Shown one piece after another: positions 1-9,109 of a DNA stretch of 64,000 nt. Position numbers and translations under genes: made by a program. Origin of the DNA: a virus (Duplodnaviria > Heunggongvirae > Uroviricota > Caudoviricetes); IMG/VR virus record IMGVR_UViG_3300028840_000472, one strand, 5' to 3'. Under the pieces are notes generated by a model that was not told the DNA's origin, did no database searches, and saw only the letters and a program-made list of their open reading frames with translations. Numbering within the stretch: the first letter of the stretch is position 1; each line of letters starts with the position of its first letter.

Positions 1-1365
1 CACTTCAATGCGCGGATGTACTACTGTCTTTTGCCCAGCGTCGCCAGACGTATCAAGTTCCATTTTGTAATACTTCGGCGCAGTCAGCCCGCCCGTCCCG
101 GTCCATGCCGTACCGTCAAGCGTTGACGATGCCAGCGTCGAACCCGTTGCATACGGATCAATCCCGGAGAAGATCGTGCTGAAGCGTGCGACATTAGTGA
201 CCCAGTTGCGCTGTATCGCCGTCGTTCCATCCGGGTAATCAAGAAACACGGCGATGTCCGCATCGGTCAATGTCTGATTGTCTGCAATCAGGTTGAACGT
301 CAGCTTGTCCGTTGTCGTAGATGCAAGGTCAACGTATTGCGCTGGCAGCTTGAATGCAAAAGGCCGCGCAGAATTTGTGTCTGCATCCGTGCTGATCTGA
401 ATCGAAAACTTGTCGCTCCCGCCGAACATGGCCGGTGAGTCTGTAACGTAAACAGAATCATTGTTGATTGCGACACCCATGCCATTGCGGTATTCAAAGC
501 GGTGTAACTTTCCGCTGGTAGTGTCATCACAGTTGTATATGGCAACCTGATGCTGTTCTGCATCCATCGCCTCGAATGGTGTAAAGTCTGGATGCCACCG
601 GCACCCCTTGAAGTTCACATTCACGGTATCTTCGCCGCCAGCCGTAGTGGCGACAAGCCCTGTACCCGTGCAGCTTGCCATTGATATTCCATCAAGAATC
701 ACAGTTCCACCGCCAGCACCAAAAGATGTGTTGGTGATGATATTAGATGGATTACCGACAACCTCCCCGCCAAGCCACTCCACAGTCCCACCATTGGCAA
801 CCTGAATCAGATTGTTATTGTTTATGCTGCTCGCGGCTGCAAGGTTCACGTTAACCATTCGCACTTTACTGCCGTCACCACTCTGTGTGATACAGACATC
901 GGCATTAGTTGTACCCGTTACAACGGAGCAATCCTGCAAATAGACAATCGTTGCCTGACCAACAGTATCAACGGTCGAGTCATCACCGACAAGCTGCATA
1001 CCACGGACATCGACATTATTCTGAAACTCAAAGTCAAAGATTGTCGTGGTTATATCCTCACGCGCACCCGGCTTGTATTGATCTGCCGCATTATCGTCAA
1101 CGCTATACAATCCGACGAAAGCACCTGTCTGAACCCCGCCAGATACGGTGATATTCCCGGCTGGTGTATAAGTATTGTTGTGTAAGTGACTAAAGCAAAA
1201 ATCATCGCCGGGAACGTAGCCTGTCGTCGGCACCGATACAGCCGCTTCCAATGAACTGTAATAGCCAGCCGTGCCCAATGCGCCGAACGATACCGTCTGC
1301 TGCGTTGCATACCTGCCACCGTCGCCCGTGGCTGTGCCGTCATGCTTGATGTAAAAGAAAGCCAT
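1..1365 (-). CDS. Tailspike / tail-fibre-like protein with right-handed beta-helix-like repeats (partial; 3' end lies before window start)
   Basis: Uninterrupted minus-strand frame from the ATG at 1363-1365 (TAATG overlap with the stop of the upstream gene) to position 1. It is absent from the ORF track only because it is open-ended. Translation MAFFYIKHDGTATGDGG... contains Asn/Gly/Thr-rich beta-helix-type repeats (NVNLAASSINNNNLIQVANGGTVEWLGGEVVGN). Confidence 0.4.
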   Translation of the reverse strand, partial: MAFFYIKHDGTATGDGGRYATQQTVSFGALGTAGYYSSLEAAVSVPTTGYVPGDDFCFSHLHNNTYTPAGNITVSGGVQTGAFVGLYSVDDNAADQYKPGAREDITTTIFDFEFQNNVDVRGMQLVGDDSTVDTVGQATIVYLQDCSVVTGTTNADVCITQSGDGSKVRMVNVNLAAASSINNNNLIQVANGGTVEWLGGEVVGNPSNIITNTSFGAGGGTVILDGISMASCTGTGLVATTAGGEDTVNVNFKGCRWHPDFTPFEAMDAEQHQVAIYNCDDTTSGKLHRFEYRNGMGVAINNDSVYVTDSPAMFGGSDKFSIQISTDADTNSARPFAFKLPAQYVDLASTTTDKLTFNLIADNQTLTDADIAVFLDYPDGTTAIQRNWVTNVARFSTIFSGIDPYATGSTLASSTLDGTAWTGTGGLTAPKYYKMELDTSGDAGQKTVVHPRIEV

Positions 1366-1877
1366 TACAGATATTCTCCCGGCAGCTTATCCCACGTCTG
1401 TTCCTTTTCATCGGTCAGGAACCACGACACGCCGTTGACGTTGTTGAAGCGTGTCGCAATCGCCTGCCATTCACTTGTCGGCACGCCAAGGTAAGCGGCT
1501 CGCGCTGCATCGTTTGCGCCGCCGCGCAATTCGACGGCTTGAAAGAACGGGTAAGCAGCGAAGAACTGCGACGCATCGTCCAGCGTCATGCAGCGTCCAA
1601 GCACGCGCCGGTCGTAGTCAGCCTGCGGTTGAAACTCCGCCGTGTCCGTCGGCGGCTGTTCGTTGCGTACAAGTGCCATCGATTGCGACACTTCCCTGCG
1701 GGCAAGCGTGTCATCGATCGCCGTGTATATCGACACCGCATAGGCATCCAGATCCGTACCCTGCAACACGCGCCTGTCCATAACGTAATCGGATCCGCCG
1801 TCGTCGATGAAGCGATAGCGCACTTCGATCCGCGTGCCGTTCGGAACTGCGTAGACGATTTCGTGCGACGTAATCAT
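1365..1877 (-). CDS. Hypothetical virion-associated protein (170 aa)
   Basis: ORF track; 4-nt overlap with the upstream 660-aa gene; sits in the structural gene string. Confidence 0.35.
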   Translation of the reverse strand: MITSHEIVYAVPNGTRIEVRYRFIDDGGSDYVMDRRVLQGTDLDAYAVSIYTAIDDTLARREVSQSMALVRNEQPPTDTAEFQPQADYDRRVLGRCMTLDDASQFFAAYPFFQAVELRGGANDAARAAYLGVPTSEWQAIATRFNNVNGVSWFLTDEKEQTWDKLPGEYL

Positions 1878-3856
1878 ATCGACACCCAGCTGCCAGCGTT
1901 ATCGAAGCCGCTGTCTGCGACATACGTCGCTTCGTACACGTTTTCGTTTCCTGAAAGTTCGGCCAGTGTGCTGGCATCGTACAGCCGCACTTCCGTGCCG
2001 GGTTGCAAGCCGGTTAGCGTGAACGTGTACTGCGCCGGCGGCGTGAACGTGAAACCGTCGTCGAACGTCATATAGTCGACCGTGCCCGTGCCCCTGTTCG
2101 TGATGAAACAGCCCGTCGAGAAGTACGCTTCCGTCGTGTAGGCGTCGCCGGTCTTGTCGACCAGTCGGGTACTGCGCAGTCGCGCTGTCGACACCCACGC
2201 TTCCGTCGTGCTGGTATCGGCGAACTTCGCCTGCTGCTTGTCGTATGCCTGTGTTAGCGCGTTGTTCTTTGCGTCGATGTGGTACGTCGCCTTGTGCCCG
2301 CTGTTCAGCACCTGACGACCGCGCGCCGTGCCGGCTTCGAACCAGTTGTTCGCAACCTGCGGCGGTTCGCCGGATGCCGATGATGTGTTGACCAGAATCC
2401 ATTCCTGCGTCAGCCCGTCGCCGGCCTGATACAGTTCGCGGATTGTGCCCTTACTGCCGCCGCCGGTGCTTACGACAGCGCTGACCGTGACCGTCGCCGT
2501 GACGCTGACCTGCACGTACCAGATGCCGCTGTTCAGGACGGATTCGTCAATGAACGACGCCGTATGCAGCAGGGCGCTTGCTGCCGTTGATGTCGTAACC
2601 TCGCTGTCCGTGCCCATGGCGATCGTGAATATTGTTTCGCCGGTGAACGTCTGCGCGCCTTCGAACGGTTCGAATGCGTATTTCCAAGCACGCGCGACAA
2701 ACGGTCCGTAGGTTGTCGACGCTGTTGACGATGCCCAGTACGTTGTCAGCACGTCTTCGCTGACAAGGCCGCTTGCTGTCGCAACGCCCTGCACGTGGTT
2801 CGTGCGCGCCGTTGCACTGCCCTGCGTTAACACGAACAGGGCCGAAGGGATCACTGTGCCGTCCGTCTGTGCATGTGTGGCGTCGACCGTGAAGATCTCG
2901 CTGACGGTTGACTGCCCGCCGGTTTGCGTCCACAGGATGTCCGGGTTCGTCCATGTCGGATTAACGAATTCCCACGTCGTGCTGTTGTTCGCCGTGACGT
3001 CGCGCGTGTTATTGACCGACACGTACTTGTTGACGCGGATCGTTTCGTTCGCCGCGCTTGACTGGAAGCCGTAGCTGTCCGACAGGATGATCGGCCCGTC
3101 GAATGTGGCGAATGTACTGGCGACGACGACGTAGTCGTTTGCGACACCAGCCCCTTGAAACTTCAGGTTATTGCCGTACGTGTTCCCCTTCAGGCGCGCA
3201 CCGTCGTACATCAGGTTCGTGAAGGAAACGTCGTACGCGTACAGGAAGCTGCCAGTCTGGAACAGCGTGCTGTGTGCGTACACCGTGCCGCAGTTGACGT
3301 TATGCAGCATAACCGTCGCGCTTGTGTTCGCCTGTATGTAAGCGAAGCCTAGCGTCGTGATGGCGTTATTGCTATTCCAGTACCAGCCGCCCAGCGATTC
3401 GCCTTCGAACAATGCACCGACCGCGAAGTACGACCCGTTCTGGACGATAATCTCTTCGTCCTGCGAGATCGCCTGATTATACAAACCACCGACCATGTGA
3501 TTTGTACCGTTGCCGATGGTGTGCGGGGATGCGCCCACGTCCCATTCCGACGTCGCTTTCAGTACCAGCTTCCAGTCGTTGCCGTAATCGGCGTCGTAGT
3601 TGATCTGGTTCTTTGCGACGGACAGGTCGTCGTTAACCGACGGGACGGTTTCAAACGGCGGCGTCACGCGCAGCACGTCGGTGCGTCCTGCGCTGGCGTA
3701 GGCGTAGCGCATCTGCCCTGTCGCGCCGCCGGTGCTGGATACGATCGCCAGATGGTAGCCGACATAGGCACCCAGACCGGTAGCCTGAATAGTCGAAGCG
3801 GTCGCTGATACGACCGCTGCATCTAGGTTGTTACTTGTCTGTGTTCTTGCGGCCAT
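1874..3856 (-). CDS. Large beta-rich structural protein (660 aa), putative tail fibre / virion protein
   Basis: ORF track; Thr/Ser/Gly/Asn-rich composition typical of fibre or spike proteins; downstream of the portal in the same operon. Confidence 0.35.
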   Translation of the reverse strand: MAARTQTSNNLDAAVVSATASTIQATGLGAYVGYHLAIVSSTGGATGQMRYAYASAGRTDVLRVTPPFETVPSVNDDLSVAKNQINYDADYGNDWKLVLKATSEWDVGASPHTIGNGTNHMVGGLYNQAISQDEEIIVQNGSYFAVGALFEGESLGGWYWNSNNAITTLGFAYIQANTSATVMLHNVNCGTVYAHSTLFQTGSFLYAYDVSFTNLMYDGARLKGNTYGNNLKFQGAGVANDYVVVASTFATFDGPIILSDSYGFQSSAANETIRVNKYVSVNNTRDVTANNSTTWEFVNPTWTNPDILWTQTGGQSTVSEIFTVDATHAQTDGTVIPSALFVLTQGSATARTNHVQGVATASGLVSEDVLTTYWASSTASTTYGPFVARAWKYAFEPFEGAQTFTGETIFTIAMGTDSEVTTSTAASALLHTASFIDESVLNSGIWYVQVSVTATVTVSAVVSTGGGSKGTIRELYQAGDGLTQEWILVNTSSASGEPPQVANNWFEAGTARGRQVLNSGHKATYHIDAKNNALTQAYDKQQAKFADTSTTEAWVSTARLRSTRLVDKTGDAYTTEAYFSTGCFITNRGTGTVDYMTFDDGFTFTPPAQYTFTLTGLQPGTEVRLYDASTLAELSGNENVYEATYVADSGFDNAGSWVSI

Positions 3857-4039
3857 GGATTCGCTTACTCGAAGCCAGTGGCGGACAGAAAAGCAGACAA
3901 CATATCGCGGATAGCAGCGACCGTTTCCGGTTCCTGCGGATGCGTTGCCGGCGCTGCGTCGACTTCAAGTCCCCATCGCCCGGACGGGCAGATGGCTGCA
4001 CGTACTTGGATGTCGTCGCCTTCGAAGAGAATTTGCTGA

Positions 4040-4423
4040 TCACTGAACGACATTATCTTCAGGCGCTTGCGACATGAACAGATTCAGACGAAGCCCGACA
4101 AGGATGCGATCACCCTGCCGGCCAATCACGAAGCCCGCTTCGCTGTCGTCGTTGTCATCGGAAGGCCCGAAGTTCTCGCTGTAGACGACGCGCCCCTGAT
4201 CATCGGCGACGTAGTAGCCCATGACCCGTTCCTTTTCCCCCTTTTCCAGTTCGAACAGAATGTCGGGGTAGACGCCGCCTTCCCACAGTTCCGGCTGCAG
4301 CTTGACCGGTGCGTAGCCGTAGCCGGACAGTTCGCCGTTGTCGACGAACAGATGCACGCTGTCCAGATGCACGACCAGCGCGCCCATAAAGAGATCATGC
4401 CCGTATGGTGTGACCTGAATCAT
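4040..4423 (-). CDS. Hypothetical acidic protein directly downstream of the portal gene (127 aa)
   Basis: ORF track; stop-start adjacency with the portal gene. Confidence 0.35.
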   Translation of the reverse strand: MIQVTPYGHDLFMGALVVHLDSVHLFVDNGELSGYGYAPVKLQPELWEGGVYPDILFELEKGEKERVMGYYVADDQGRVVYSENFGPSDDNDDSEAGFVIGRQGDRILVGLRLNLFMSQAPEDNVVQ

Positions 4424-5920
4424 TTAGCCCTGTTCCTTGATGCCTGCAGCCTTGCCGTCCGCATCGCGTACGATCTCGAAGCTGCGTTGCAGTGGAGTGA
4501 CGCCGGCGCTTTGCATAAGCCCGTCGCCGCTGGTGTCGCTGTCGTTCTTGATCTTCAGCTTTTCGTCGTCGACGCTGGTGCCGTCCGGGATAATCTCGCC
4601 TTCCTTCAGGTTGTGCAGGAACGTGTCTTGCGAGATCTCGCCGGCCTGCTTCGCCTTCATTAGCGCGATCAGTTTGTCCGCTGCCATTTGCGACCCGACG
4701 AAGTCCTTGTTCAGTGTTAACTTGATCTTCTTGATTTCGCCTTCGCTGACGTTCAACCATTCCGCGTACCACTTCAGAATCTGCGTTACGGCTTCATCTG
4801 CGACACCAGCCAGTGCGGCAAGGATCGACCCTTCGCCGCTTTGTCGCATTCGGTGCGTGTCCGCTGCTTCGACGCCCTTCTTCTGCTCTTCGAGCATCCG
4901 CGCGCCCAGCACAGCCATCGCGTTTTCCTTGTCCTTCTTCAGATCCCGGAGCGCGCCCAGCCCCTGTCCAGAGTATTCGAGATACTTAGCGTCGGCTTGC
5001 GGGTTGTCTGTGACCCACGCGACGCCGCTGCCGATCGTGTACGTGTTCTTCGCATTGAATCCCATAAGGACCGGAGTCGGAAGCGCTGTAAAGTGTGCGC
5101 CGTGTTCAAGGTCGGCGCTTGTGCGGTAGTGCGAAAGATTGACGTCTGCAAGGTCAAGTAGTGGCGGCTTCTTCGGTGCGGGTTCGTCGTCGGTCGCGTT
5201 GATGAACTTGAAGGGAATGTAGTCAAGCTGCTTGCCGTTGATTTCCGGGACAATGGCTTCGCCGTGTCGCACCCACTGATCCTTGTCGTTTTTGCGATAG
5301 ACAAGATGCTGATAGACGAAACGCTTTTCGTCTGCTGGCGAATCGCCGTCAGCTTTCGCAAGCCGAAGCAGCCGGATCTGTGTTTTTGTTTCAGGTTCAA
5401 AAGCGTCTTTGCCATAGTCGTTGTACTCTTCTGCGAGTGTGACCATCACCAGCTGCATGACGCCCTTCACGCGTTCAGTGCGCCAGTTCAGGATGTTCTC
5501 TGCCTTGTACTGCGATATGTAGGGACGGTTGTCTTCGCCTTCTTCCGTTGCTGCGTCGACCAGTAAACCGAAGCGACCGACTTCGACCTGCTCGCGTATT
5601 ACGCGTCGAAGCAACACGTCGACGTTGCTGCCTTCTTCGGTGACGTCGTTCAGGTCTTCTTTTTTCGACTTCGGGAAGTCAAGGATGTATTCCTTGCGGA
5701 AGATCGCGCCGGACAGCGCGTCGACAGTGCGCCCGGTAGCGCCGAAGTACAATGCACGCATCTTGTACGCGCTGTACTTGCCGCCGGTTTGGCCTGTCAG
5801 TTGTGGTAGGTATTTCGTGCCGCGCGCCTTGACGGCATCTGAACCTGCGGCGGTGTCGCGGCAGCGTTCCCAGAATGGCGCATACTTGTCATGCTGCGGA
5901 TGTTTACTATCGATCGGCAT
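4424..5920 (-). CDS. Portal protein (498 aa)
   Basis: Size and position immediately downstream of the terminase large subunit; general portal-like character. Call is by synteny. Confidence 0.55.
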   Translation of the reverse strand: MPIDSKHPQHDKYAPFWERCRDTAAGSDAVKARGTKYLPQLTGQTGGKYSAYKMRALYFGATGRTVDALSGAIFRKEYILDFPKSKKEDLNDVTEEGSNVDVLLRRVIREQVEVGRFGLLVDAATEEGEDNRPYISQYKAENILNWRTERVKGVMQLVMVTLAEEYNDYGKDAFEPETKTQIRLLRLAKADGDSPADEKRFVYQHLVYRKNDKDQWVRHGEAIVPEINGKQLDYIPFKFINATDDEPAPKKPPLLDLADVNLSHYRTSADLEHGAHFTALPTPVLMGFNAKNTYTIGSGVAWVTDNPQADAKYLEYSGQGLGALRDLKKDKENAMAVLGARMLEEQKKGVEAADTHRMRQSGEGSILAALAGVADEAVTQILKWYAEWLNVSEGEIKKIKLTLNKDFVGSQMAADKLIALMKAKQAGEISQDTFLHNLKEGEIIPDGTSVDDEKLKIKNDSDTSGDGLMQSAGVTPLQRSFEIVRDADGKAAGIKEQG

Positions 5921-5959
5921 TCCGTTTCCCTCAAAGGATTATCGGGACGCCGCCCCTGC

Positions 5960-7402
5960 TTACAGTCCGACGATGTTGACCACCGCTTCTTCGTGTTTGG
6001 CCTGCAGAAGTCGATAGCGGCATTCGTCCGCGATATGATCTTCTGCATCCGTGTCTATGTCGTCCGTGTCACGTTCCAGCCGGCTTAACGTGGGCACGGT
6101 TCGGACGAACTGTACACAATTCTGAAAAATAAGCAAGCCCGGTTCCTCGAAAGTGGGAGCGATTACCGCTTTCAGGCGGTTGCGAATGATCTCCCAGCCT
6201 GCCTTCCGACTGCCCGGTGCTTTATTCGCCGGTTTCCATGTAACGCCCTTGGCTTCCATTTCTTTAGCGATGCAGTGCCCGTCTTCCGTGGTGTAGATCG
6301 CAGAATCAGCCGGCCCCGGTTCCACGCGCCCCTGCAGCCCCATGGCGGATTCCCGTTCGAGGATCCCTGTCGCAACGTCCTTCGCGAGCATCTTCGACCC
6401 GACGTTCGGTTCCTGCCTTTCGGGATCCCAGCCGTACCATTCGGCGATTCGGAACACGGTCCCGCGCGGGAAGTGTCGCACTGTGCCGTCCGTCATGGTT
6501 GCCGGCGTGCCGTCCGATTCCGCCCACCATGCGACAGAAAACGGCTTCGAGGATCCCCAGTCGAACGACCGGTCGATGTGCCACGATGTCGGCACGGCGA
6601 ATGGCCGGATCACGTGGCGGCTTCGATCCCAGACGTCGTCGAACATGCCGCCGGCGACGATGTCCCAGTCGCCTTCGCGCATCGCCCGCACAAGTTCCTT
6701 GTTGCCCAGTCCTTCCAGCCGCTGTTCGTATTCGGGATCCGATTCCATTAGCGCCTGATTGTCTTCCAGCTTCGCCGGGATGTACTGGCGCTTCAGACCG
6801 CCTTCGCCGCGCGGCATCGTCATGATCTCGAAGGCCGGCTGCAGGTCGATGAATGTCTTCTTCACCCAGTTGTGCCCGACGCCGCCGGGGTTCGCGCCGT
6901 TGATGATACGCGGGAAAAAGCCCTGCCACAGCGGATCCAGATCCAGACCCGCCAGTCGCACACGACCGCGCAGGTAGCGGTAAATGCTGTCCGTGAAGTG
7001 CGTTAATTCGTCGACCGCCAGCACGTGTATTTCCGCGCCCTGATAGTCGAACTTGTTCTTCTCATGCTGGCAATGGCACAGATGAATCTTCGCCTTGTTC
7101 CAGAACTGGATGTAGTTCTTCTGCGTGTTGATCGACACGTACTTCTTCGCGACCCATGGTGCGAGCATGGCCGGGAAGGATGTCGGACCTTCCATGTGAT
7201 TCTTCCACAGGTCGGGGTAGGTACGGCGGAACAGGTAGAACTGCAGGAAGGGAACCTTCGAACACCAGTAGATCGCCGCGCAGCGCATTAGGTGCGACTT
7301 GCCGCCGCCGGCTGCGCCCCCGTACAGCAGTTCTGTCGCATTGGTCGTCAGCGCCCGCGTCTGCTTCGGTTGCAGATCGATGTCGACGTCGGCGGCTGGC
7401 AT
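5960..7402 (-). CDS. terL: Terminase large subunit
   Basis: Walker A motif LLYGGAAGGGKSH at the N-terminus, 480 aa, with a nuclease-type C-terminal half. Confidence 0.85.
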   Translation of the reverse strand: MPAADVDIDLQPKQTRALTTNATELLYGGAAGGGKSHLMRCAAIYWCSKVPFLQFYLFRRTYPDLWKNHMEGPTSFPAMLAPWVAKKYVSINTQKNYIQFWNKAKIHLCHCQHEKNKFDYQGAEIHVLAVDELTHFTDSIYRYLRGRVRLAGLDLDPLWQGFFPRIINGANPGGVGHNWVKKTFIDLQPAFEIMTMPRGEGGLKRQYIPAKLEDNQALMESDPEYEQRLEGLGNKELVRAMREGDWDIVAGGMFDDVWDRSRHVIRPFAVPTSWHIDRSFDWGSSKPFSVAWWAESDGTPATMTDGTVRHFPRGTVFRIAEWYGWDPERQEPNVGSKMLAKDVATGILERESAMGLQGRVEPGPADSAIYTTEDGHCIAKEMEAKGVTWKPANKAPGSRKAGWEIIRNRLKAVIAPTFEEPGLLIFQNCVQFVRTVPTLSRLERDTDDIDTDAEDHIADECRYRLLQAKHEEAVVNIVGL

Positions 7403-7741
7403 CTATTCCGTGCGCAAGCGCAGGTTCAGTGTCGGCCCCGTATCGTCGTCGTCGTTCGTCGGCGGATCTTCGGCGCGCAGCTTCGGTGTCGTGTACTGCG
7501 CGATCTCGCTGTGTGCCTTCATGCGCAGGTTCAGGGGAATGTTCTGTGTGTTCGCCAGCTTCGCCAGCTCGACCAGCGGATGATAGTCATCCGGGACGCC
7601 GTCGTCGGCCCGCATCAGTTCCAGCAGGTCCGCCCGTTCCCGGTCCATTTGCCGGCGTTGCGTGCCCGGACGCGGCGTCTTGATCGGTTCACCGACCCGC
7701 AGCGCCGGTGCTTTCGAGGATGTCAGCGGTCCGTCGTCCAT
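7403..7741 (-). CDS. terS: Putative terminase small subunit (112 aa)
   Basis: Stop abuts the terL start; basic N-terminal half and acidic C-terminus; preceded by a sigma70-like TTGCCG-17-TATATT promoter. Confidence 0.4.
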   Translation of the reverse strand: MDDGPLTSSKAPALRVGEPIKTPRPGTQRRQMDRERADLLELMRADDGVPDDYHPLVELAKLANTQNIPLNLRMKAHSEIAQYTTPKLRAEDPPTNDDDDTGPTLNLRLRTE

Positions 7742-7869
7742 GTGCGGGCAATATAGCGGGGTGTCGCAGTGTCGGCAAGTACCGGGATCACAGTGCGGGA
7801 ATTTCTGACGGCGGCACGCGGCCAGCGGGGATGCGGACGCGAATCGTTCGTATTTACATCATCATCCAG

Positions 7870-8210
7870 AAGTGTCGTCGCGCGTACGCGCGCGCGCATA
7901 TATGGGCAAAGTTTTTTTTCGACCCTTCAAAAAAATAGGCGCACCACCCCCTTTTATATACGAATCAATAACCTGCAGCAAAGGTAGCAGTGAGGTAGCA
8001 CCTGTGCAGCGCTGTAAGTCCCTGTTTTACAACGGAAGGTAGCACGGAATCACAGGTAGCACAGAAAAAACGTGATTTTCGAAATTAAAAAATTTTCCCC
8101 ATATAGCAAGTGATTCACACAAAAAAATAAAGGTTAACTTGTTGAATTTTAAGCAAAAAAAAGGTAGCGACCATGGTGCTACCACGGTGCTACCTTTGCT
8201 ACCTTGTGAG
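7870..8210. repeat. Iteron-like GGTAGCA(C) array with AT-rich spacer and an alternating (CG)n(TA)n tract; copy A of a roughly 200-bp duplicated non-coding element
   Basis: GGTAGCA copies at about 7983, 7994, 8038, 8055 and 8163, with inverted GTGCTACC copies at about 8176, 8187 and 8197. A roughly 100-bp AT-rich tract lies between the two repeat sets. The 26-nt alternating Pu/Py stretch cgcgcgtacgcgcgcgcgcatatat is at about 7876-7901. The segment is homologous to 45345..45545. Confidence 0.6.
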
Positions 8211-8367
8211 GGAAATCAATAACTTGCGACTGTGCGTCGTGTTACCCGATTGAATTACTTCATCTTTTTCCCTTGTAGCCAGTTTACGGAGATAAGAACC
8301 AATGAAAACAGCGCAACGGAAACCTGTCGAGGGGAATCCCCACAGCGCTGCACAGCAGCCTATACGA

Positions 8368-8628
8368 TCACCGACCCGATGGCAAGCCCTTGTCGTGATC
8401 GTGGCTACAGCCGCACCACAGGCCGCTGTACGTGCCGTCCGCCTTGATGCTGTAGCACTTCATGTCGCCGACCCGGAATTCAACCACGGTCGCCTTCCCT
8501 GCAGACCGCACCAGCGCCCCTGTACCGCGTTCCGCTGTCGCATAGATGTCAGCGGTCCCCATAGTCAGGAAAATGGCTGTTAGCGCCCCACAGACGCCCG
8601 TACGGTCAAGAATGTGTCTCTTCTTCAC
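8368..8628 (-). CDS. Small secreted protein (GTG start, 86 aa) with N-terminal signal peptide
   Basis: ORF track; GAGAGGA RBS 8 nt upstream of the GTG; hydrophobic N-terminal segment ILDRTGVCGALTAIFLTMGTA; four Cys. Confidence 0.4.
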   Translation of the reverse strand: MKKRHILDRTGVCGALTAIFLTMGTADIYATAERGTGALVRSAGKATVVEFRVGDMKCYSIKADGTYSGLWCGCSHDHDKGLPSGR

Positions 8629-8648
8629 TGTCTAATCCTCTCGCTAGG

Positions 8649-9023
8649 CTAGAACTGATCCAGCATCCCCCAGTCGATCGGGGTGCCTGCCGGCTTCTTG
8701 CTGTCGTAGTCGATGTGCCATTCGGCGACCAGTTCGTCTTCGTCGCCCCAGACCGGGATCACCAGCTTCGCACTGATCGTCTTGTTTACGCGGTTCTCCA
8801 CGTACCCTTCCGCGCCGTAGCTGCTGCTGCCCTGACCGACCCAGCCGCCCCGGACGCATTTCTTCCAGTCCAGCCGGCCTTTGATCTTGCCCTTGTTCTT
8901 GCCCTTCACGAAGCGGGGAAGCGCGTCGACGATGTCGTCGCCGAACAGCCGGCGGGCGTACTTCTCGCCGAAGTCCCCGGAAAGATAAGCGGTGTTTTCT
9001 TTGAAAGCGGCGTATGTGGTCAT
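8649..9023 (-). CDS. Hypothetical protein (124 aa; start moved to the internal ATG with the conserved leader)
   Basis: The ATG at 9021-9023 is preceded by GAGGACACGACA and the conserved promoter at 9065-9077. Confidence 0.5.
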   Translation of the reverse strand: MTTYAAFKENTAYLSGDFGEKYARRLFGDDIVDALPRFVKGKNKGKIKGRLDWKKCVRGGWVGQGSSSYGAEGYVENRVNKTISAKLVIPVWGDEDELVAEWHIDYDSKKPAGTPIDWGMLDQF

Positions 9024-9064
9024 TGTCGTGTCCTCAGTGTGTAAGTACAGACTACCCACTGACC

Positions 9065-9077
9065 GCATAAATGTCAA
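9065..9077 (-). promoter_or_regulatory. Conserved early promoter -35 block TTGACATTTATGC (copy 1), spacer 17, -10 TAGTCT
   Basis: Exact 13-mer shared by at least 13 loci; 54-nt leader ends in GAGGACACGACAATG. Confidence 0.6.
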
Positions 9078-9109
9078 CACCTTTTTCGACCTTTTTTCGA
9101 GAATGGTTC

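Noticed and set aside
300-1343. Short minus- and plus-strand ORFs listed in the track (300..563, 608..805, 909..1151, 1050..1343)
   Set aside because: All lie inside, and out of frame with, the long open-ended beta-helix gene 1..1365 that the track cannot report.
1874-3856. Capsid or protease-scaffold fusion assignment for the 660-aa protein after the portal
   Set aside because: Composition and repeats look like fibre/spike-type beta-rich proteins, and no protease catalytic motifs are evident. It is left as a structural protein of unknown role.
7980-8205. CRISPR array or tRNA in the GGTAGCA repeat region
   Set aside because: Repeats are 7-8 nt with irregular 10-120-bp spacing and mixed orientation, unlike CRISPR repeats of 28-37 nt. 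No cloverleaf-compatible segments are present.
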